From Macrostomum lignano (taxonomy: Eukaryota), in the NCBI GenBank assembly GCA_002269645.1, contig NIVC01000556.1:62001-126000 (forward strand): 64,000 nt of DNA, given 5' to 3'. The position numbers and the translations under genes are program-made. Each line of letters starts with the position of its first letter. Within the stretch, counting starts at the first letter, position 1. Shown here in pieces: positions 23,150 through 36,200 of this stretch. The notes beneath the pieces are model-generated. The model did not search any database. It was not told the DNA's origin and saw nothing but the letters and a program-made list of their open reading frames with translations.

Positions 23150-23830
23150 TCTAAAAGTGCTGATCCAATCTCGCCCCTAAATCTAATAGTGCTGATCCAA
23201 TCTCGCCCCCAAATCTAGTAGTGCGAGATCAAATCCCACCCAAAATGTAGATGTGCTGATCCAATCTCACCCTCAAATCTAATAGTGCTGGATCAAATCT
23301 CAGATGTGCTGATCCAATCTCACCCCCAAATCTAATAGTGCTGGATCAAATCTCAGATGTGCTGATCCAATCTCACCCCCAAATCTAATAGTGCTGATCC
23401 GATCTCACCCCCATATCTAGCTATGCTTATCAAATTTCACCTTCAGATCTAACAGCGCTGATTAAATCTCACCCCAAATCTAATAGCGCTGATCAAATCT
23501 CACCCCAAATCTAATAGCGCTGATCAAATCTCACCCCAAATCTAACAGCGCTGATTAAATCTCACCCCAAATCTAATAGCGCTGATCAAATCTCACCCCA
23601 AATCTAATAGCGCTGATCAAATCTCACCCCAAATCTAATAGCGCTGATCAAATCTCACCCCAAATCTAATAGCGCTGATCAAATCTCACCCCAAATCTAA
23701 TAGCGCTGATCAAATCTCACCCCAAATCTAATATTGCTTATGAAATCTCACCCCAAATCTAATAGTGCTAATCAAATCTGATCCTTAATCTAGTACAGTG
23801 CTAATCAAGTCTTATCCTAAATCTAATAGT
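23150..23830. repeat. 31-bp minisatellite
   Basis: Unit atcaaatctcaccccaaatctaatagcgctg (copies at 23492, 23523). Confidence 0.93.
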
Positions 23831-24269
23831 ATTATTCAAGTCTCATAATGCTGCAGTTCACCCGAGCGCATTCGACACTGTCGGATCTGCCAAAACTCTG
23901 GACAACGGATCCCAGCTTAAGCTCGATAACTTTATCCCAAAGCCCCATTTGGCGTTGTGGAAGTCATCCCAATCTTATCTCGAAGCGGGGCGGTAATTGT
24001 TTGGCTGGTGAATTCCCCTTGGCTTTGGAATCCCACTTCTGAACATTCGACTGTTTCTGCCATTTTTGTATAGCATTACAGTGTAGTTGCTATGCCGCTT
24101 CTTATCTGATGAGCTAAAGTCCGAAGGCTGATGTGGCTTATCACGGTTCTAGACGGTCTTAGACTCGGATTTCAGCTGCTGCCTCAGATTGGAGCGGCCG
24201 TCTGCCCGTCACCTCTGACTTCATTAAAAAAATGAGGCGCCAATCTAGAGAAAAAAGCGTCCAAAACAG

Positions 24270-26145
24270 ACTGAACTGTCAGTATCTAGACTGAACTGTC
24301 AGTATCTAGACTGAACTGTCACTATCTAGACTGAAATGGAACTATCTAGACTGAACTGTCACTATCTAGACTGAAATGGCACTATCTAGACTGAAATGGC
24401 ACTATCTAGACTGAACTGTCACTATCTAGACTGAACTGTCACTATCTAGACTGAAATGGCACTATCTAGACTGAACTGTCACTATCTAGACTGAAATGGC
24501 ACTATCTAGACTGAACTGTCACTATCTAGACTGAAATGGCATTATCTAGACTGAAATGGCACTATCTAGACTGAAATGGAACTATCTAGACTGAAATGGA
24601 ACTATCTAGACTGAACTGTCACCATCTAGACTGAAATGGCACTATCTAGACTGAAATGGAACTATCTAGACTGAACTGTCACCATCTAGACTGAAATGGC
24701 ACTATCTAGACTGAAATGGCACTATCTAGACTGAACTGTCACTATCTAGACTGAAATGGCACTATCTAGACTGAAATGGCACTATCTAGACTGAACTGTC
24801 ACTATCTAGACTGAACTGTCACTATCTAGACTGAAATGGCACTATCTAGACTGAACTGTCACTATCTAGACTGAAATGGCACTATCTAGACTGAAATGGC
24901 ACTATCTAGACTGAAATGGAACTATCTAGACTGAAATGGCACTATCTAGACTGAAATGGCACTATATCTAGACTGAAATGGCACTATCTAGACTGAACTG
25001 TCACTATCTAGACTGAAATGGCATTATCTAGACTGAAATGGCACTATCTAGACTGAAATGGAACTATCTAGACTGAAATGGAACTATCTAGACTGAACTG
25101 TCACCATCTAGACTGAAATGGCACTATCTAGACTGAACTGTCACTATCTAGACTGAAATGGCACTATCTAGACTGAACTGTCACTATCTAGACTGAAATG
25201 GCACTATCTAGACTGAAATGGCACTATCTAGACTGAACTGTCACTATCTAGACTGAACTGTCACTATCTAGACTGAAATGGCACTATCTAGACTGAACTG
25301 TCACTATCTAGACTGAAATGGCACTATCTAGACTGAAATGGCACTATCTAGACTGAAATGGAACTATCTAGACTGAAATGGCACTATCTAGACTGAAATG
25401 GCACTATATCTAGACTGAAATGGCACTATCTAGACTGAACTGTCACTATCTAGACTGAAATGGCACTATCTAGACTGAACTGTCACTATCTAGACTGAAC
25501 TGTCACTATCTAGACATAAATGGCACTATCTAGACTGAAATGGCACTATATCTAGACTGAAATGGCACTATCTAGACTGAAATGGCACTATATCTAAACT
25601 GAAATGGCACTATCTAGACTGAACTGTCACTATCTAGACTGAAATGGCACTATCTAGACTGAACTGTCACTATCTAGACTGAAATGGCACTATCTAGACT
25701 GAAATGGCACTATCTAGACTGAAATGGCACTATATCTAGACTGAAATGGCACTATCTAGACTGAACTGTCACTATCTAGACTGAAATGGCACTATCTAGA
25801 CTGAACTGTCACTATCTAGACTGAACTGTCACTATCTAGACATAAATGGCACTATCTAGACTGAAATGGCACTATATCTAGACTGAAATGGCACTATCTA
25901 GACTGAACTGTCACTATCTAGACTGAAATGGCACTATCTAGACTGAACTGTCACTATCTAGACTGAGATGGCACTATCTAGACTGAAATGGCACTATCTA
26001 GACTGAAATGGCACTATATAAATTGAAATGGCGCCACCAAAACTGAAATGGCGCCACCAGAACTGAAATAGCGCCGCCAGAACTGAAATGGCGCCGCTAG
26101 AACTGAAATGGCGCCACCAGAACTGAAATGGCGCCGCCAGAACTG
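24270..26145. repeat. 20-bp two-variant minisatellite grading into an AAATGGCGCC unit
   Basis: Interleaved actgaaatggcactatctag and actgaactgtcactatctag units; terminal units are actgaaatggcgccaccaga. Confidence 0.95.
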
Positions 26146-26624
26146 ATTTTTCGCTCCTTAAGCTGAAATCTGCACTCCCCCCCCCCCAAAGACACGCCTT
26201 CTCATGGCTACGTGGCGGCCCAGGCCAATGGCTACTGCAGGCTCCGGACAGTCAATCTGGCAGCCAAATGCTAATAAACATTCGTCATCAATTCCCAGCC
26301 TCCCTTTCTATCCCTGCTCGCTGTGCACTCCAGCTATATGCGTCTTTCAGTTTTTCATTCTGTTGGATTCGGGCACCAGCGATTTGCGGTAGGCTCGGAT
26401 AATCACGGAACTGGAGTGTAAGCGGGAGGAGATCTTCTTTAGGACTGCTTCCGAATCGGGTGCTGGTGAATTCTTGGATGCTATTATCGGGTACGATTGG
26501 ACTTTGCCTCACCGATTCTGGGTTGTTTGATGACCGCAAATGGGTTGGCTGATGCTACAGGTGCTTTGAAATGTCCGGGAGCTTAATTAGATGCTTAATT
26601 ACTGCTTAGAATTCTGCCTGTACC

Positions 26625-26838
26625 AGCAAGAGGATATGGGAGGCTGGCCCAGCAACTGAGGATCTGGCAGGCTGGCCCAGCAACTGACACTCTGGGAGGC
26701 TGGTCCAGCAACTGACACTGTGGGAGGCTGTCCCAGCAACTGAGGATCCGGGAGGCTGGCCCAGCAACTGAGGATCCGGTAGTCTGGCCCAGCAACTGAG
26801 GATCTAGTAGTCTGGCCCAGCAACTGAGGATCTGGTAG
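26625..26838 (-). repeat. 28-bp minisatellite, inverted copy of the 21415-22580 array
   Basis: Reverse complement of the same unit, including shared variant units. Confidence 0.93.
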
Positions 26839-27484
26839 ATTAGTAAACTATATCTGCTATTTAATCAATATGATTATTGAATGCAACTCTTAGTGTCGGT
26901 GAACTTAGCTGTACTTCAAAATATCTGTCAAGCTATGGAACTGTCGTAACGTACACATAATTACTGCCAATGAGTGCATGATCCACCCTAGATACCAATT
27001 CCGAGAGGTGTCGAGCGAGTGAAGTTCAAACAGTTCAACAATTCCCTCCCCAATCTCTATTTTCCCATCCCGCCTTCGCAACCGAGACGATCTGACAGGC
27101 GCGGTGCTTGACTGATTGATGAGGGCGGATGATAGCCTGTCTGACAGAAGAAGCCCTTATCAGCACCTCGGCGTCAAGCCCCCATAAAACTGTCAGATAT
27201 TATGCGTGCCCATTGCAAGTCAGCCCCGGGGTCCTTACAGAAATTTTTGCTCCGTAAACAACTTGATTACCTATTGGAGAGGAGCTGACGAGTTTGGCTT
27301 ATTGTTTATTTGTGTTGACTTCGATCAGGATATTTTTTAAATGGAATGCCCTGTATACTCTACTTATTTAAGTAGCAAATTAAGTAGATTCCAATTTAAT
27401 TTAAATACGAGGTAAACCATGAATAGCTAAGAATTTTAAGCTGCAAGGGTTATAGTCATAATCAATCAATCTCTAAATTGTGTG

Positions 27485-27815
27485 ACTGAGCGAATGAGTG
27501 ATTGAGTGACTGAATGACTGACTGAGTGACTGAGTGAGTGACTGAGTAACTGAGTAACTGAGTGAGTGACTGAGTAAGTGAGTGACTGACTGACTGACTG
27601 TGTGAGTGAGTGAGTAGGTGAGTGAGTGAGTGAGTGAGTGAGTGAGTGAGTGAGTGAGTGAGTGAGTGAGTGAGTGAGTGAGTGAGTGAGTGAGTGAGTG
27701 AGTGAGTGAGTGAGTGAGTGAGTAAGTGAGTGAGTGAGTGAGTGAGTGAGTGAGTGAGTGAGTGAGTGAGTGAGTGAGTAAGTGACTGTGTGAGTGAGTG
27801 AGTGAGTGAGCCAGT
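27485..27815. repeat. (TGAG)n microsatellite
   Basis: Direct reading. Confidence 0.95.
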
Positions 27816-28255
27816 CAGTTGGCAAAGAGCTCAAATTTCCCTCCCCGGCGTTCCGTAATTCCCAATGCCGCAGAGCCATTTGAGTTCCATGTTTTACTCA
27901 AGCTCCCCAACTAAAACCAGAGGCCGAACAGTGAACTCTACTCTTTTTCTGACTAAGAGAAACGCAGAATCAGGTCAGTGTATTTTCTATTCAACTACCC
28001 TACATGCCCTTGGTGTATTTTCTCCTACATATGCGAGCTTTGCAAGCGATTGGCGAATGCCAGCATTGACCAAAGCGGTGCCGGCGGACTCTGATTGGTC
28101 AGGAATTGTTTTCTCAACTTTCTTCGGGGGGGGGGGGCAAACTTCTAGCTGTGAATGAAATTCGAACTTTAGCTGGGCAGTAGAGACACTTGGGAGAGTA
28201 GAGCATAGTCTGCTGGTATAGTCTGCTGATTTAAAATATAAAATTTACTTTGAGT

Positions 28256-28430
28256 ATGAAAACTGGGGTCACAGTGAGCATCAATGACTTGGAGAAGTCC
28301 GAGACACAGTTACAGCCGCAGCAACAGCAGCAGCAGCAACAACATCAACAACAACAACAACAACAGCAGCAACAGCAGTACAGTCGGAACAGAAAATACT
28401 CGGTTGTCGACCCTCAAACGGATCTGGTTG
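28256..28430 (+). CDS. Putative first coding exon (polyQ-containing N-terminus) of an unidentified gene
   Basis: ATG 28256; MKTGVTVSINDLEKSETQLQP(Q-rich)YSRNRKYSVVDPQTDLV; consensus donor g|GTAAGT, phase 1. A CAG/CAA polyQ also occurs in PI3K exon 10. No family recognised. Confidence 0.55.
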
Positions 28431-28479
28431 GTAAGTGGTAGCTGAGTGCTGACGAGGGACATAAATGAGATTGACAAGT

Positions 28480-29655
28480 GGATGACATGTGGATAGAGAG
28501 GCGGATAGAGAAAGAAGGATAGAGAGAGGTGGATAGAGAGGAGGTAAATAGAGAGAGGCGGATAGAGAAAGAAGGATAGAGAGAAGTGGATAGAGAGAGG
28601 TGGATATAGAGAGGTGGATAGAAAGGAGGTGAATAGAGAGAGGTGGATATAGAGAGGTGGATAGAAAGGAGGTGAATAGAGAGAGGTGGATATTTTTATT
28701 AGAGGCAGGGGGGCTGTGTGCACCCTGCGCACTTTAAGCGATATAGGCACACAACCGGCGAGAGGCATTACTGCCCATTCCGCCGACTCCCCTGAGCAGG
28801 CATACAAGCGCGCGGATACGTACGCAGGCACACACACACAGGAGTGTACAGCGGCCCTAACTTTATATTATCGTTAGGCATGTACACTTCACTGCGCCTT
28901 GGGGGGTTGGCTCTCAAGGCCGTTAATTGCACGAGCAGAGCCAAGCCGAGATTCCAATTCAGCCCCAAATTAATGTGACTGCACTTGGAATCGAGTCTGG
29001 GTCGCTGGTACACCAGAGCCTGCGCTAGACCGCTGGGCTACGGCCCAGAGGATAGAGAGAGTGGATAGGTGGATAGAGAGAGGTGGATAGAGAGAGGTGG
29101 ATATAGAGAAGTGGATAGAGAGGGGTGGAGAGAGAGAGAGGTGGATAGAGAGAGGTGGATAGAGAGAGGTTGATATAGAGAAGTGGATAGAGAGAGGTGG
29201 ATAGAGAGAGGTGAATATAGAGAAGTGGGTAGAGAGAGGTGGATAGAGAGAGGTGGATAGAGAGGGGTGGATAGAGAAAGGTGGATATAGAGAGGTGGAT
29301 AGAGAGAGGTGGATATAAAGAGGTGGATATAAAGAGGGGGATAGAGAGGAGGTGGATAGAGAGAGGTGGATATAGAGAGGTGGATAGAGAGAGGTGGATA
29401 GAGAGGAGGTGGATAGAGGTGGATATAGAGAGGTGGATAGAGAGAGGTGGATAGAGAGAGGTGGATAGAGAGAGGTGGATAGAGAGAGGTGGATAGAGAG
29501 AGGTGGATAGAGAGGTGGATAGAGAGGTGGATAGAGAGGTGGATAGAGAGAGGTGGATAGAGAGAGGTGGATATAGAGAGGTGGATAGAGAGGAGGTGGA
29601 TAGAGAGAGGTGGATAGAGAGGAGGTGGATAGAGAGAGGTGGATAGAGAGAGGTG
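28480..29655. repeat. ~14-bp purine-rich minisatellite (gaggtggatagaga) interrupted by a SINE
   Basis: The same unit lies on both sides of 28693-29046. Confidence 0.93.
28693..29046 (-). mobile_element. tRNA-derived SINE, copy A (same family as 58180-58510)
   Basis: Reverse strand starts gggccgtagcccagcggtctagcgc (A box), has actcgattcc (B-box-like) and ends in ctaataaaaa. It aligns by eye with 58180-58510 at roughly 85% identity. Confidence 0.85.
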
Positions 29656-30183
29656 TACAGCCGGTGACACCGCAAAGCACTCAAACAGCTGAAGTCACTC
29701 CAATCCCCCCAACATTCAGTCGGCAAAAAACTGGTGTCGGATGAAAATTGCAAAAACAGGGAGAGCAAGAGAGACAGAAATGGGGAGAAGAGACCTCTGC
29801 CGAGATTTACTCCTTTGAGCTCGGCAGATCTGCGGGGAGATGATGAGTGGGGGGGCGGCTCGGTCCGCCCTGGCTGCCACTCTCCGTCCCGAACTGCCGG
29901 GGTCCGAGGTAAATAATGCAGCCGCTCGGCCCGCGCGTGGGGCATAAATTATGCAAAACAGGGGAGCGACGGGAGCCGGTGTCGAAGGGGCGGAGGCGGG
30001 GAAGAGGCAGCGGGGCATTCCTCCGCCCCAGCCCCGCGCTGGACTGTAGTGGGCCGCCTGGTTTGATAGTCGAAGTTCTAATAAAATTGAGTCTTTTCGA
30101 ATCGAGCGTTGCTTCTGATTCCAGAGCAGGCCTGTGATAGCAACTCCACTCTGCTGCTTGCGTGCGATCTCCAGCTTTGTACT

Positions 30184-30452
<269 letters not shown>

Positions 30453-30482
30453 CTCTTCATGTATACTTGCTAGGATATTTCT

Positions 30483-30507
30483 AAGACAGACAGACAGACA
30501 GACACTA

Positions 30508-30548
<41 letters not shown>

Positions 30549-30617
30549 CTAAGACAGACAGACAGACAGACAGACACTAAGACAGACAGACACTAAGACA
30601 GACACTAAGACAGACAG
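30483..30617. repeat. (AGAC)n with CACTA variants, flanked by 32-bp direct repeats
   Basis: Flanks at 30451-30482 and 30618-30649 differ at 1 base. Confidence 0.9.
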
Positions 30618-31089
30618 ATCTCTCCATGTATACTTGCTAGGATATTTCTGTCGGAGTTTATAAGCGAGAAAATTCCTTTTTAACCTGTTTCTCTTTTCTC
30701 CGCCTCTCCCCGTTTTCTCATGTATCCAGCCAGGTATGTCATGTAGCTCGTAGGCAGGCTATTTTTAATCGCCATGTCTTGCTAAGAGCCGCAGCCGGGA
30801 CTACTCTCCCATAACTCATCCTGCTCCCCCTGTTCCTCAACCCTAAAGAATTCCTTCCCGAGTTTGCAAACTGTCACAATCCACCCTCCAACGTTTTATT
30901 CTGTTGAAAGGGCCTTCGACCCTTCCAGTCAGTTTCGATGCAAAAGCAGTGACTGCTTGGGGGGGTCTTACAATGAGTAATTAGGATGTAGGCCTATGAC
31001 CTCGAAATATCTTACAACTCAGTCTTTGATCTTTCTCTTAAGTCGATTGGCATGTTTTGTAAACAGTCCTGCCATTTTAGAAGTTGCTG

Positions 31090-31418
31090 GTCAGAGACAG
31101 GTCAGAGACAGGTCAGAGACAGGTCAGAGACAGGTCAGAGACAGGTCAGAGACAGGTCAGAGACAGGTCAGAGACAGGTCAGAGACAGGTCAGAGACAGG
31201 TCAGAGACAGGTCAGAGACAGGTCAGAGACAGGTCAGAGACAGGTCAGAGACAGGTCAGAGACAGGTCAGAGACAGGTCAGAGACAGGTCAGTCAGAGAC
31301 AGGTCAGTCAGAGACAGGTCAGAGACAGGTCAGTCAGAGACAGGTCAGAGACAGGTCAGAGACAGGTCAGAGACAGGTCAGAGACAGGTCAGAGACAGGT
31401 CAGAGACAGGTCAGAGAC
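31090..31418. repeat. 11-bp minisatellite (gagacaggtca)
   Basis: Near-perfect tandem array. Confidence 0.95.
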
Positions 31419-31930
31419 AGAAGGCAGTGAGTAATTGACTCTTTATATGGGATGCCAGGCATGGGATTCCGGAAACCCAAGAGAAAGCATTAATTAGATG
31501 AATAAATAAAATTCCCAATAAGTGATGATTGATAGGATATATGAATCGTGACTTTGTAATAGGCAACCTTAATTGTTATTCTCCTCTGGCACTTTTAAAT
31601 ATTATCTTCTGAATCTTGAGAAGCTGCTGAGGCTGAACTGATCTCATAATTAACTTTTTATCAGATAATTCTCTCGCTTTTACGAGGATAACGAGTCGCA
31701 CTTTTAGTATCTGCCTAAAATTTTTACTCAACTACTTCATGTAGTTCCGCTGACCCACCAGTTCAAGGAAGGGTCAGAGTGCTTGCTTAGCACGTCATAA
31801 AAAAATAATCATTTAAATATTGATTGATTGATAAGTTGCTAGAACTGGTGACAGATAGGTTGATACGATTATTGATTGATAGGATGATTGATAGTCTAGT
31901 AGTCTGATGGGCTGGTGTAGACTTACAGGG

Positions 31931-33240
<1,310 letters not shown>

Positions 33241-33248
33241 CTCTTACG

Positions 33249-36200
33249 ACTGTCTGTGTGTTTAGCGGGACCTGAGTTATGTTAATGCGTTACGTGGACC
33301 ACGCAATTCCGGTTAAAAAATAGAGTCTGTTTTGACAACGCGAAAGGCTAGCTAGGGTTATCTTTTTGTTAACTTGACGGAATAGCCAGTTCGGGGAAAC
33401 TGTGGTGGTTCACTAACTACGTTTTGGGGACCGGGTTAGGTGGACCGCAAAAAAACAGTTGGTTTAGTTAGACCTCTTTCGTTGTAGAAAATTTATTGCT
33501 TTAAACTGTTCTTTTGAACTATTAAAACAGAAATTCTCAAAAAAGAACAGATAAAAGAGTTACGACGTCATTTAATGAAAATATCCCAAGTTCAAACCAA
33601 TTTATTTAGCATTATTAATCGGGTTAATCGGGTTAAACAAATGTACGATCGCATTAGTTAGTTGCGTCGCGTGAATACAAGAAGGTGAATGAAAATAAAG
33701 CATTTTGAAAATAAATACAGAATCATATCAAATACTAACTGTAAACTCATTAAAACTAATTTAGGTCAAAATGTATGCTTCAAATACATGTTAACAAACG
33801 TAAGATTCCATTAGTTAAAAAAGGTCATCCGAGTACGAGCCTACAAGAAGTTGAAGGGCATTTTTAATAACGACAAAAGTTACTAAAACTGAAATTAAAT
33901 TGATTTGACTACATCAGTCCTATTATACTGAATGAGTTGGTGAGCAATCATATGATAAGCCAATCATTTTACCGACTTTCATCTTTTCGTTCACGCAGAT
34001 GATGGCTTAATCTTCTTATTTTTCTACGAAATATTCTCCTGGACCTTCCCTGCCTCCGTGGTCCGGGACCGCTTCTGTTATTGATCTGTCATTGCCTCTC
34101 TCACGAATTTCAGCTTACTCAGCAATCGAATCCGCTTTCGTCAGCTCAGCTCTATGATGAACCTTTCTATATTTCTCGTCAATTAGTGGTTTGAATCTTC
34201 TTTTACAGTTCGTTTTAACCTTCATCTCGGTGAAACGCAGTCAGTCTCGTCGAGCTCAGGCGAACAAAATCAAACACAGGCTCCTACAAAGGTAGATAAT
34301 AAAATTAACTGACAATCAAACAGACAGACACAGAAATCTGTTCCAGTTGTGTCTGTAGGTTATGTGGACCACCTGAGAGCCAGAGCCTCAAACAGACAGA
34401 GAAATCTGTTCGAGTTGTGTCTGTAGGTTAGGTGGACCACCTTCTGAGAGCCAAAGCCTCAAACAGACTGAGAGAGCTGCTTCAGTTGTGTCTATAGGTT
34501 ATGTGGACCACCTAAGAGCCAGAGCCTCAAACAGACAGAGAAATCTGTTCGAGTTGTGTCTGTAGGTTAGGTGGACCACCTTCTGAGAGCCAAAGCCTCA
34601 AACAGACTGAGAGAGCTGCTTCAGTTGTGTCTGTAGGTTATGTGGACCACCTAAGAGCCAGAGCCTCAAACAGACAGAGAAATCTGTTCGAGTTGTGTCT
34701 GTAGGTTAGGTGGACCAGCTACTCCAAAGCACTTCTAGGCGATAATCTGAGCCAGGAGTCTCCGAGAGCCTCTCGTTACACATCCAGATGTTCTGCCTTG
34801 ATGCTGGACTAGCTCACTTTCTAGGAATCTGTTCTGATTGCATTCTAACAAACTGAAGCATTCTCGGCACTAAACTTTCTCGGCGGCTCTGAGAGCCAGA
34901 GCCTCAAACAGACAGAGAAATCTGTTCGATTTGTGTCTGTAGGTTAGGTGGACCAGCTACTCCAAAGCACTTCTAGGCGATAATCTGAGCCAGGAATCTC
35001 CGAGAGCCTCTCGTTACACATCCAGATGTTCTACCTTGATGCTGGACTAGCTCACTTTCTAGGAATCTGTTCTGATTGCATTCTAACAAACTGAAGCATT
35101 CTCGGCACTAAACTTTCTCGGCGGCTCTGAGAGCCAGAGCCTCAAACAGACAGAGAAATCTGTTCGAGTTGTGTCTGTAGGTTAGGTGGACCAGCTACTC
35201 CACAGCACTTCTAGGCGATAATCTGAGCCAGGAATCTCCGAGAGCCTCTCATTACACATACAGATGTTCTACCTTGATGCTGGACTAGCTCACTTTCTAG
35301 GAATCTGTTCTGATTGCATTCTAAAAAACTGAAGCATTCTCGGCACTAAACTTTCTCGGCGGCTCTGAGAGCCAGAGCCTCAAACAGACAGAGAAATCTG
35401 TTCGAGTTGTGTCTGTAGGTTAGGTGGACCAGATACTCCAAAGCACTTCTAGGCGATAATCTGAGCCAGGAGTCTCCGAGAGACTTTCGTTACACATCCA
35501 GATGTTCTGCCTTGATGCTGGACTAGCTCACTTTCTAGAATCTGTTCTGATTGCATTCTAACAAACTGAAGCATTTTCTACACTAAACTTTCTCGGCGGC
35601 TCTAAGAGCCAGAGCCTAAACAGACAGAGAAATCTGTTCGAGTTGTGTCTGTAGGTTAGGTGGACCACCTTCTGAGAGCCAAAGCCTCAAACAGACTGAG
35701 AGAGCTGCTTCAGTTGTGTCTGTAGGTTATGTGGACCACCTAAGAGCCAGAGCCTCAAACAGACAGAGAAATCTGTTCGAGTTGTGTCTGTAGGTTAGAT
35801 GGACCAGCTACTCCACAGCACTTCTAGGCGATAATCTGAGCCAGGAATCTCCGAGAGCCTCTCGTTACACATCCAGATGTTCTGCCTTGATGCTGGACTA
35901 GCTCACTTTCTAGGAATCTGTTCTGATTGCATTCTAACAAACTGAAGCATTCTCGGCACTAAACTTTCTCGGCGGCTCTGAGATCCAGAGCCTCAAACAG
36001 ACAGAGAAATCTGTTCGAGTTGTGTCTGTAGGTTAGATGGACCAGCAACTCCACAGCACTTCTAGGCGATAATCCGAGCCAGGAATCTCCGAGAGCCTCT
36101 CGTTACACATCCAGATGTTCTGCCTTGATGCTGGACTAGCTCACTTTCTAGGAATCTGTTCTGATTGCATTCTAACAAACTGAAGCATTCTCGGCACTAA

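Noticed and set aside
24140-24170. Spliced-leader RNA-like gacggtctta
   Set aside because: The match is too short, with no adjacent donor and Sm site.
26204-26530. Stop-codon readthrough joining ORF 26204..26392 to the following open stretch
   Set aside because: There is no homology or readthrough context, and the lengths are within chance expectation.
28237-28243. TATAAAA as a TATA box for the 28256 exon
   Set aside because: It is only ~13 bp before the ATG, too close; the stretch is simply AT-rich.
34010-34050. Chromodomain start (GEYFVEK) on the minus strand
   Set aside because: It is followed by stops and lacks the downstream YxVKW motif.
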